DNA from: an uncultured Saccharofermentans sp.
GTDB lineage: Bacteria; Bacillota; Clostridia; Saccharofermentanales; UBA5734
Length of the DNA stretch: 64,000 nt
Reading direction: 5' to 3'
Assembly: GCA_963675845.1 (NCBI GenBank)
Contig: OY776634.1
Location: 2,109,052-2,173,051, forward strand
Positions 56,293-64,000 of this stretch are shown here, one piece after another. The stretch's first letter is position 1. Every line of letters begins with the position of its first letter. Below the pieces are notes generated by a model, which did not search any database, was not told the DNA's origin, and was given only the letters and a program-made list of their open reading frames with translations. Position numbers and translations under genes: made by a program.

Positions 56293-56847
56293 ATGAAAAA
56301 ATATATTAGAGCTTTTATATGCTTAACATACTCACTAATCAAATTTTCAACAATTAAAATTTTTCATTTTAAAGGTTTTACTTTCACAATATATAGCATA
56401 TTTTCACCTTTAACACAGATTGACTTAGGTAAGAATTCACAATTGAAATTATCAAAAATTGTTAAAGCTAGAAGCGGAGTGAAGTTGAAAGTTAGAGATG
56501 GTGCTAAATTGGATATTGGACAAGGAACCTCATTTAATCATGGGTGTATGGTAGTTAGCCACGATGAAATAAAAATTGGTGAAAATGTTCAATTCGGACC
56601 CAATGTACTAATTTATGATCATGACCACGATTTCAGAACACAGAATGGATTGAAAAATTTAAAATATTTAAGTTCCCCAGTGTCTATAGGTAATAACGTT
56701 TGGGTAGGTGCTAATGTTGTTATTTTAAGAGGAACAGTAATTGGAGATAATTGTGTGATAGGAGCGGGTACAGTTATTAAAGGTAATTTTGAAAATGACA
56801 CAATAGTGACTAATCATAGAGAAGTAAAATGCAAAAAAATCAATTGA
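56293..56847 (+). CDS. Hexapeptide-repeat (LbH) acetyltransferase
   Basis: Left-handed beta-helix repeats IGNNVWVGANVVILRGTVIGDNCVIGAGTVI. 184 aa. Confidence 0.85.
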   Translation: MKKYIRAFICLTYSLIKFSTIKIFHFKGFTFTIYSIFSPLTQIDLGKNSQLKLSKIVKARSGVKLKVRDGAKLDIGQGTSFNHGCMVVSHDEIKIGENVQFGPNVLIYDHDHDFRTQNGLKNLKYLSSPVSIGNNVWVGANVVILRGTVIGDNCVIGAGTVIKGNFENDTIVTNHREVKCKKIN

Positions 56848-57765
56848 GTGAAAGAAGGTGAGGAATTGCTCGTATCAGTTATAATCACAACCTATAATAG
56901 AAATTATGAAATTGTTAAAAGAGCGATTGAAAGCGTGAGAGAACAAACATATAAAAAAATTGAAATTATAGTCACAAACGATACACCAAAAGAAAATAAG
57001 TTGTTTCAAGAGGTTAGTACAAATATAAATGAGTATGGAGATCAGATCACTTATATAGCTGAAGGAATAAATCGCGGAGCATGTTATGCAAGAAATTTGG
57101 GATTTGAGGTTTCAAAGGGAGATTATGTTGCTTTTTTAGATGATGATGATCTGTGGTCTAAAGAAAAGATTGAAAAGCAGGTTGATATACTAAATAAAAC
57201 AAAATTTCCAATGGTTACAGTTGGGTTTGAAAGTATTACTTTAAACAATCAAGAACAAGAAATAAAGAAGGAACTTAGAGTAGGGAAAAAAAGTATTTTA
57301 AACTTAAATGATATTTTAAAGAAGAATATTATTGGAGGAGCTTCTGCCCCATTAATTAGAAGAGAAGCTTTTATTAAATCCGGAAAGTTTGATATAAACA
57401 TGCCAGCGGCACAGGACTATGATTTATGGATTAGAATCGCAGAATTAGGTGATGTTTACTATATATCTGAGCCTCTACAAAAATATTATATATATAGTGG
57501 CGAAAGGATATCAAATAGCTCAAGTAAGAAAATAAAAGGTTATTCAAAACTGTTGGAAAAATACTCTGAAATTGCATGTAATAATAGAAGCTTTTTCACA
57601 AATAAACATATAGTGCTATCTTATCACTACTACAACCTTGAGGATAATGAAAATGGAAAATCTCACTTTTTTTCATCAGTTAAAAGCATACCTACAACAG
57701 TGGATTTTGTATATTACGTGCTTAAGATCGTAAAAATTAGACTTTCTAACAAATATAAAAGATAA
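56848..57765 (+). CDS. Glycosyltransferase family 2
   Basis: VSVIITTYNRNYEIVKRAIESVREQTY and FLDDDDLW (DxD). GTG start abuts the previous stop. Confidence 0.88.
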   Translation: MKEGEELLVSVIITTYNRNYEIVKRAIESVREQTYKKIEIIVTNDTPKENKLFQEVSTNINEYGDQITYIAEGINRGACYARNLGFEVSKGDYVAFLDDDDLWSKEKIEKQVDILNKTKFPMVTVGFESITLNNQEQEIKKELRVGKKSILNLNDILKKNIIGGASAPLIRREAFIKSGKFDINMPAAQDYDLWIRIAELGDVYYISEPLQKYYIYSGERISNSSSKKIKGYSKLLEKYSEIACNNRSFFTNKHIVLSYHYYNLEDNENGKSHFFSSVKSIPTTVDFVYYVLKIVKIRLSNKYKR

Positions 57766-57780
57766 AGGTGAGACTACAAT

Positions 57781-58872
57781 ATGAATGTTTTGGAAATCAA
57801 CTTAATAATTGTATATGCGATTTCATTTTTTGGTCTTATAAGATCAAAGTATGCGAATAGATTTTTTCTAGTTGTTGCAACTTTATCATTAGTTGTTTTT
57901 AATGGATTAAGAAGTGTAAGTGTTGGAACAGACACTATTAGATATTATAAACGATTTAATGAAATCAGTAATGCTAATTCATTGAGTGATTTTTTAAGTA
58001 TTGATATAGAATTTGGTTATAAGATTAGCCAAAAAATATTCCAAATATTTACTTTGAATTTCAATTATTGGTTACTTATAGTTGCGGCATTTGTGTTTTT
58101 TTTATTTGCAAGAGTAATAAGTAAACACTCTAGGAATTATTTTTTGAGTTATTTTCTGTTTATTACACTAGGATACTATGATTTTTCATTTACTGGAATT
58201 AGGCAAATAATAGCAATAATTGTAGTGCTTTTTTCATACCAATATATTTTGAGTAAGAATTTTAAGGAATTTTCAATTACTTGTCTCATAGCAGCTTCTT
58301 TCCACACTTCAGCATTGTTTTTTTTCCCTATGTATTTTATCTCAAGGATTAAATGGAAAAAAATACATTCAATATTTTTAGTAACTCTGTTGGCTTCAAT
58401 ATATATATTCAGGCTACAAATTGGCGAATTATTAACAGTGGTTTATTATGATGAAGCTTCTAGCATTATGTTAGATAGGTATTCAAGTACGGGTCAGATA
58501 GGTGGACTAGCCGTTATGACACTGCTTATACTGGCTTGGGGTATGATATCATACAATCCCTTTAAACATAAAGATCTTGAAAATATTGTGTTGACAAATA
58601 TCATTTTTGTTTCAGCGATTATTCAAATGATTAGTTCATTTTCATATCTGTTCACAAGGTTGAACATGTATTTTATGATATTTTTAGTTTTATACATTCC
58701 TAATGTAATAAAAAACATCAGCAAAACCCCCATAAAGATGAATAAAATAGGAAGTAAAATTTTGCGAAGCATTTATCTAATAGTATTCTTAATAGTATTA
58801 ACTGTATATTATTTAAATTCAATTAAACTAAACGGATCCAACATTTTACCTTATACTCTTTTCTGGAATTAG
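57781..58872 (+). CDS. EpsG-family / Wzy-like polysaccharide polymerase
   Basis: 363-aa polytopic membrane protein (about 10 helices) with EpsG-like organisation and no cytoplasmic catalytic domain. Sited in a Wzx/Wzy locus. Confidence 0.7.
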   Translation: MNVLEINLIIVYAISFFGLIRSKYANRFFLVVATLSLVVFNGLRSVSVGTDTIRYYKRFNEISNANSLSDFLSIDIEFGYKISQKIFQIFTLNFNYWLLIVAAFVFFLFARVISKHSRNYFLSYFLFITLGYYDFSFTGIRQIIAIIVVLFSYQYILSKNFKEFSITCLIAASFHTSALFFFPMYFISRIKWKKIHSIFLVTLLASIYIFRLQIGELLTVVYYDEASSIMLDRYSSTGQIGGLAVMTLLILAWGMISYNPFKHKDLENIVLTNIIFVSAIIQMISSFSYLFTRLNMYFMIFLVLYIPNVIKNISKTPIKMNKIGSKILRSIYLIVFLIVLTVYYLNSIKLNGSNILPYTLFWN

Positions 58873-59055
58873 CATAATAAGTTAATATTGTTAATATTGC
58901 TACAATGATAATAATTCTAATTTTCCTATTAGATGTTTAGAATTAAATATAATTCCTATTATTATTCAATGGGATTTTTAATGGAAAAGTTACTCTATAT
59001 TTAAGTATTCTTATTTTTTAACTTAGATTCAACAAATAATGTTTTTTTACTTAAT

Positions 59056-60210
59056 ATGCAAAGATTAGGAGATGTAAGTGTGATAATAAAAAGAAAAATA
59101 TTACAAGTGACTGGCTCACTACGGATGGGCGGAGTAGAGAAAGTCGCTATAAATTATTACAAATATATAGATAAAGATGAGTTTGAATTCGATTACTTAG
59201 TTTTTGGAGATGAAAAGGGAGATTTAGAATATCAGGTTGAATATTTAGGGGGAAGAGTATTAAGAATACCTCATCCAAGAAAGGGATTAATTGATTTCTA
59301 TAAAAACATACGTAATATATTAAGAAAAGAAGGGCCGTATGATGTTGTTCATTCTCATCCTCTGTTTATCAGTGGCTTAGTTATGAAAGCAGCATATGAA
59401 GAAAAGGTGGCAACAAGGATTGCTCATTCACATAGTGCTAGGGATAATTTAAAGGTATCACTAAAAAAGAAAGTATATAACGTTGCAATGAAATTTTATT
59501 TAAAAAAATACTCAAATATTTTTCTGGCATGCAGTGTAAGCGCTGGAAATTACTTGTTTGGAGCTAAGTTTTTTGGACAAAATGGACAAGTCATCAATAA
59601 TGGTATTGATTTAGAGAAATTTAATTTTGATATTTCAATTAGAAATAAAGTAAGGAACCAGCTTAGGCTTGATAAAAGCTTTGTACTTGGTCACATAGGT
59701 AGATTAAGTGATGTAAAGAATCAAACATTTGTATTAGATGTGTTTAACAGAGTAAAACAAAATTACTCAGATTCAAAGTTGATTTTAGTAGGTGATGGAC
59801 CTGATAAAAGGAAACTTATTAAATATGCCAAAAATCTTGAAATATACAATGATGTAATATTTTTAGGAACACGTGAAGATGCAAATGAATTACTACAAGC
59901 TATGGACTTATTACTATTCCCTTCAAAGTATGAAGGACTAGGAATAGCAATATTAGAAGCGCAAGTTGCGGGGTTAAGATGCGTAATATCTGACATAATA
60001 CCAAAAGAAGTTGATGTTACTTCATTAAATTCTAGATTATCATTAAATGACGATCTTAATAAGTGGGCAGACGAAGTTTTGAAATACAATTGTCTATATG
60101 AAAGAGAAAACAAAACTTATGATTTTATAAAAAATCAATATGATATGGATAGCGTTATGCGGAAAATAAGAGAGATTTATACTCTTAATAGTAATAGTAT
60201 TTTAAATTGA
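59056..60210 (+). CDS. Glycosyltransferase family 4 (GT-B)
   Basis: ILQVTGSLRMGGVEK N-terminus and EX7E motif EGLGIAILEAQVAGLRCVIS. GTG 59080 with AGGAG upstream is an alternative start. Confidence 0.88.
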   Translation: MQRLGDVSVIIKRKILQVTGSLRMGGVEKVAINYYKYIDKDEFEFDYLVFGDEKGDLEYQVEYLGGRVLRIPHPRKGLIDFYKNIRNILRKEGPYDVVHSHPLFISGLVMKAAYEEKVATRIAHSHSARDNLKVSLKKKVYNVAMKFYLKKYSNIFLACSVSAGNYLFGAKFFGQNGQVINNGIDLEKFNFDISIRNKVRNQLRLDKSFVLGHIGRLSDVKNQTFVLDVFNRVKQNYSDSKLILVGDGPDKRKLIKYAKNLEIYNDVIFLGTREDANELLQAMDLLLFPSKYEGLGIAILEAQVAGLRCVISDIIPKEVDVTSLNSRLSLNDDLNKWADEVLKYNCLYERENKTYDFIKNQYDMDSVMRKIREIYTLNSNSILN

Positions 60211-60395
60211 TCTCATTATTGTATTATCTGTTGTAATAATTTCGATTCAGGTGAGTTCTTCGGTTGGTATAAAAGTGCCATTAGTAATTACGATTTTTAA
60301 TCCTTTGTATCATTTAATTGCTTTGTATAAAGAGTTAACGGAATGTAGATGTAATTGGTCAATACTAAATGATAATTGAAGTTAGGGAGGTTCAA

Positions 60396-61550
60396 ATGAA
60401 GAAAATAGGAATTTTGACATTTCATTATTCAAATAATTTTGGCGGTGTTCTTCAATGTTATGCTCTACAAAGTTTTTTAGACTCTAAAGGATATGAAGTT
60501 GAAATAATCAACTATATCCCTTTAAGCGCTAAAAAGCAGAGTATTTTACATTCAACAGGAATCAGAAAAAATGTATTTAAATCAGAAAAGGCCGATTTAA
60601 TGCCAGCAACTTTAATTAGAAGAATTGCAATCAAAGCGAAGTATAATAAGAAAATTACTGAGAAATTTAATGAATTTCGAGAATCTTATATGAACTTGAG
60701 CGAGGAAGTTAACGAAAATACAATTAATTCTATTCTATGTAAATATGAATCCATAATAGTAGGGAGCGATCAAGTCTGGAATCCTGGAAGGCGCAAACAA
60801 AGAAACTACTTTCTTGACTTTGGAGAGTCATTCAAGGGCAAAAAAATCAGTTATGCTGCTGATTCAACAATTTCTGAGGTTAATAACAGTCATGTGGATC
60901 ATTTATCAAAGGCTCTGCAAGAGTTCCATAAGATATCTGTTCGAAATGATCATTCTAATTTATTCGTTAAAAATTTAATCGGAAATTATGCTCCTGTTGT
61001 TTGTGATCCAACTTTGCTTTTGGATTTTTCTGAATTAGAAAATAAAAGAAAACAAAGATTTAATTTAGATGAAAAATTCATCTTAGTATACGCATTAGGT
61101 AAAGAAATAGACGGATCAAACAAGAGACTTATAAATAAAATTAAAGAAAAGTATGGAGATTTAAAAGTATATTCCATAGTAATACCAACAATGAAATTCA
61201 ATATACCTAATTATGCAGATAAAGTATTATATGATCTTGATCCTATTGAATGGTTAGAATTATTTAGAAAAGCAACTTTCATAATGACTGATTCCTTTCA
61301 TGGAACTTTGTTCTCACTTAAGTTTCATAAACCGTTTATAGCATATTATGCTGAGACATTAAGATCAACAAGATTTATTGATCTAGGTAAAAGATATGAT
61401 ATAGAGGATTTTATTGTCAGCACTATTGAAGATGTTGATATGAAAAATTCCTTGTATAAGACACCCGATTATAATAGAGTAGATAATTTGATTCATGAAC
61501 AAAAAAAAGTCTCAATGGCTTTTTTAGAGAATGCTTTAAAAGACAATTAG
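60396..61550 (+). CDS. Polysaccharide pyruvyl transferase family protein
   Basis: MKKIGILTFHYSNNFGGVLQCYALQSFL and GSDQVWNP are typical of the PS_pyruv_trans family. GGGAGG RBS. The track ORF start (60369) is upstream. Confidence 0.85.
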   Translation: MKKIGILTFHYSNNFGGVLQCYALQSFLDSKGYEVEIINYIPLSAKKQSILHSTGIRKNVFKSEKADLMPATLIRRIAIKAKYNKKITEKFNEFRESYMNLSEEVNENTINSILCKYESIIVGSDQVWNPGRRKQRNYFLDFGESFKGKKISYAADSTISEVNNSHVDHLSKALQEFHKISVRNDHSNLFVKNLIGNYAPVVCDPTLLLDFSELENKRKQRFNLDEKFILVYALGKEIDGSNKRLINKIKEKYGDLKVYSIVIPTMKFNIPNYADKVLYDLDPIEWLELFRKATFIMTDSFHGTLFSLKFHKPFIAYYAETLRSTRFIDLGKRYDIEDFIVSTIEDVDMKNSLYKTPDYNRVDNLIHEQKKVSMAFLENALKDN

Positions 61551-61594
61551 CAGAATAAATTATGATAATCACAATTGAAAAAAGGTGAATAATA

Positions 61595-63127
61595 GTGAGA
61601 AATAGTTCAAAGTTAAATCAGGTAAAGGCAGGTGCTGCCTTATCATATATATCGATGGGACTGGGTTATCTGGTTTCCATAGTTTATACTCCAATAATGC
61701 TGAGGTTGTTGGGACAAAGTGAATATGGTCTTTATAATTTAGTAGCATCTGTTGTAGCGTATTTAGGTGTTTTGAACTTTGGATTTGGGAGTGCTTATAT
61801 GCGCTATTATTCGAGATACAAAGTTCAAGATGACAGAGAAAAAATTGCTACCTTAAATGGTATGTTTTTAATCATTTTTTCTGTTATAGGATTGATAGCG
61901 GTAATTGCAGGAACAGCATTAGCAATGAATACTGAGGTCATTTTTGGGTCAGAGTTGACAAATGTTGAATTATCAAGAGCGAAAATCTTAATGATGATTT
62001 TAGTGATAAACCTAGCTATTTCATTTCCGAATATAGTCTTTTCTTCGCATATTACAGCAAATGAAAAATTTGTCTATCAGAAATTAGTTCTGATGATTAA
62101 AACGGTAGCTAATCCGTTTGTTGTATTACCTCTTTTAATCTTAGGGTACGGATCAGTGGGCATGGTTATCGCTACTACACTTTTGAATATTACCATTGAG
62201 ATAATCAATGCAGTATTTTGTATTAATAAACTTAAAATGAAATTTTCTTTCAGGGATTTTGATCTCAAGTTAATGAGAGAGATGACTGTGTTTTCGTCAT
62301 TTATTTTTATAAATTTGTTGATTGATCAGATTAACTGGAACGTGGATAAGTTTATTTTAGGAAGATTTCATGGCACGATTTCAGTTGCTGTCTACGGTTT
62401 GGCAGCACAACTCAATACGTATTACCTATCAATCGCCACTGTAATTTCAAGTGTATTTATTCCGAGAGTACATAGACTAGTGGCGTCTAATAACAATGAT
62501 GAATTAACAAAATTGTTTACTAGAATTGGTAGGGTACAGTTTATCATACTTTCTTTAATTTCAAGTGGACTGATTTTTTTTGGGAGTCCTTTTATTAATA
62601 TGTGGGCAGGTGATAATTACGATGGTTCTTATCCAATAGTATTATTACTAATTATTCCTGTTACTATTCCACTTATACAGAATATTGGAATTGAAATACA
62701 ACGGGCAAAAAATATGCATCAGTTCAGATCATGGGTATATTTTTTTATTGCTCTTGGGAATTTAGGTTTAACTATTCCATTAGCAAAAGTTTACGGTGGT
62801 ATTGGGGCAGCTATTGGTACGGCAGCGTCACTTATCATCGGTAATGGCTTAATTATGAATTGGTATAATCATGTAAAAGTTGGTTTGGATATGAAGTTTT
62901 TCTGGAAACAGATATTAAATTTTATTCCAGCTTTAATTATCCCTGGAGTAGCAGGTATAGTAATGAATAAGTACTTTGATTTGAATAATATCAATTTATT
63001 TTTAGTGTCTGGAACAATTTATGTAATTATATTTAGTATCTCAATGTGGTTAATAGGAATGAATCAATATGAGAAAGATTTACTGGGAAATCCAATTAAA
63101 AAACTTTTAGATAGAATAATTAGATAA
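61595..63127 (+). CDS. wzx: Wzx-type oligosaccharide flippase (MOP superfamily polysaccharide biosynthesis protein)
   Basis: 510 aa, about 14 TM helices, N-terminal AGAALSYISMGLGYLVSIVYTPIMLRLLGQSEYGLY typical of flippases. Confidence 0.85.
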   Translation: MRNSSKLNQVKAGAALSYISMGLGYLVSIVYTPIMLRLLGQSEYGLYNLVASVVAYLGVLNFGFGSAYMRYYSRYKVQDDREKIATLNGMFLIIFSVIGLIAVIAGTALAMNTEVIFGSELTNVELSRAKILMMILVINLAISFPNIVFSSHITANEKFVYQKLVLMIKTVANPFVVLPLLILGYGSVGMVIATTLLNITIEIINAVFCINKLKMKFSFRDFDLKLMREMTVFSSFIFINLLIDQINWNVDKFILGRFHGTISVAVYGLAAQLNTYYLSIATVISSVFIPRVHRLVASNNNDELTKLFTRIGRVQFIILSLISSGLIFFGSPFINMWAGDNYDGSYPIVLLLIIPVTIPLIQNIGIEIQRAKNMHQFRSWVYFFIALGNLGLTIPLAKVYGGIGAAIGTAASLIIGNGLIMNWYNHVKVGLDMKFFWKQILNFIPALIIPGVAGIVMNKYFDLNNINLFLVSGTIYVIIFSISMWLIGMNQYEKDLLGNPIKKLLDRIIR

Positions 63128-63142
63128 ATGAGGGGTGACGAA

Positions 63143-64000
63143 ATGAAGGTAGCCGAATTTAATAAAAAGAAAAAATTTAGCGAAGCTAGTGGTTCTTGTG
63201 CAGTTGTAGAAGATAATATAAAGATGGAACTTAATGAATATGGCATATATGAAGAAAAAGTTTTGCTAGATGAGGATTATGAACTTAGTCCGTTGGTAGA
63301 ATATGTGTGTCCTAACTTAAATAAAGATGTTGATGAATCAAAAATAACAAAAAATATTTTTGCTAATGTGGATGGAATACAATTTGACAAGAGAATTGGA
63401 TTTTTCAAGTCATTATATGTTGGATACGCATCTGAGGGAAATTATAGGGAAAATGGCAGTTCGGGTGGAATGGGAACTTGGATTTTCAAGGAATTATTTG
63501 AAAAAGATTTGATTGATGGTGTTATACATGTGAAAGAAAATCCAGATAAAAATAGCCCGATATTGTTTCAATATGATATTTCAAGGTCGATTGATGAAAT
63601 TAGAGATGGTGCTAGAACAAAATATTACCCTGTTGAGTTTTCGAAAGTTATGAAAACTGTGAAAGAAGTACCCGGTCGATATGCTATTGTTGGGATACCT
63701 AGTTTCATTATGGCGATTCGATTATTAGCTGAAAAGGATGAAATTATTAAAGAAAGAATAAAATTTACAGTTGGTTTGATTTGTGGGCATCAAAAAAGTA
63801 GTGGATTTGCTGATTTTTTTGCATGGCAAGTTGGTATTAAACCAGGCAATCTAAAGAGTATTAACTTTCGGAAAAAGATTTTAGATAAATCAGCTAATAA
63901 TTATGGAGTTGAGATGACGGGTTCTATTAATGGGGAAATTGTTTCTATTATAAAGCCAACAAAAGAATTAATAGGTCATAATTGGGGACAAGGTTTTTTT
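63143..64000 (+). CDS. Coenzyme F420 hydrogenase/dehydrogenase beta-subunit-like protein (3' end beyond the window)
   Basis: I translated this frame myself; it is open to the window end. MKVAEFNKKK...CAVVEDN...GSSGGMGTWIFKELFEKDLIDGVIHV...VGIPSFIMAIRLL...VGLICGHQKS resembles the FrhB/FdhB family often paired with pyruvyl transferases. Confidence 0.7.
   Translation, partial: MKVAEFNKKKKFSEASGSCAVVEDNIKMELNEYGIYEEKVLLDEDYELSPLVEYVCPNLNKDVDESKITKNIFANVDGIQFDKRIGFFKSLYVGYASEGNYRENGSSGGMGTWIFKELFEKDLIDGVIHVKENPDKNSPILFQYDISRSIDEIRDGARTKYYPVEFSKVMKTVKEVPGRYAIVGIPSFIMAIRLLAEKDEIIKERIKFTVGLICGHQKSSGFADFFAWQVGIKPGNLKSINFRKKILDKSANNYGVEMTGSINGEIVSIIKPTKELIGHNWGQGFF

Larger units (their letters stand above)
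52150..64000. other. AT-rich Wzx/Wzy-type glycan biosynthesis cassette (continues beyond the window)
   Basis: Composition drops sharply after the hairpin; a spot count of one 60-nt line at 57781 gives 23% GC. It contains its own initiating transferase, GTs, polymerase and flippase. Confidence 0.8.

Noticed and set aside
1-64000. rRNA, tRNA or tmRNA genes.
   Set aside because: None of the non-coding gaps shows cloverleaf-compatible arms or rRNA-like conserved blocks. All gaps longer than 150 nt are accounted for by leaders, repeats or island debris.

Overview
The window has a high-GC backbone (about 60% GC in spot counts of single 60-nt lines) from a Firmicutes/Clostridia-type chromosome. Nearly all real genes are on the + strand. 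The core (3.1-48.6 kb) is a Bacillus-like fla/che super-locus. It starts with a sigma-A promoter, a class-I c-di-GMP riboswitch and an intrinsic terminator. These are followed by flgB-flgC-fliE-fliF-fliG-fliH-fliI-fliJ-ylxF-fliK-flgD-flgE-fliL-fliM-fliY-fliO-fliP-fliQ-fliR-flhB-flhA-sigD, two rod genes, flgM-flgN-flgK-flgL-fliW-csrA, then (after an island) flagellin-fliD-fliS-fliT, cheY-cheA-cheW-mcp-cheR-cheB, a PAS-GGDEF-EAL protein and a PilZ protein. A PAS/GAF-GGDEF-HD-GYP protein lies just upstream. Two AT-rich accessory blocks (about 25-35% GC in spot counts) interrupt this backbone. (1) A roughly 8-kb island at 27.3-35.2 kb sits between csrA and the flagellin gene. It holds an ISL3 transposase fragment, a truncated ABC ATPase, a VanZ-like gene, a truncated surface protein, an AbiEi/AbiEii pair and an uncharacterised two-gene cassette (PD-(D/E)xK nuclease-like protein plus a 192-aa partner). 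(2) A Wzx/Wzy-type glycan cassette runs from about 52.15 kb to the window end. It is attached downstream of native high-GC capD, a LoaP-like NusG paralog and a MarR-type EPS regulator. The two most unusual items are the nuclease cassette and an 0.85-kb non-coding leader (52.8-53.65 kb). That leader contains about 200-bp tandem modules whose unit-specific words change but keep their complementarity around a conserved core. No rRNA, tRNA or CRISPR array was seen. The many long minus-strand ORFs in the high-GC part are judged to be antisense artefacts.
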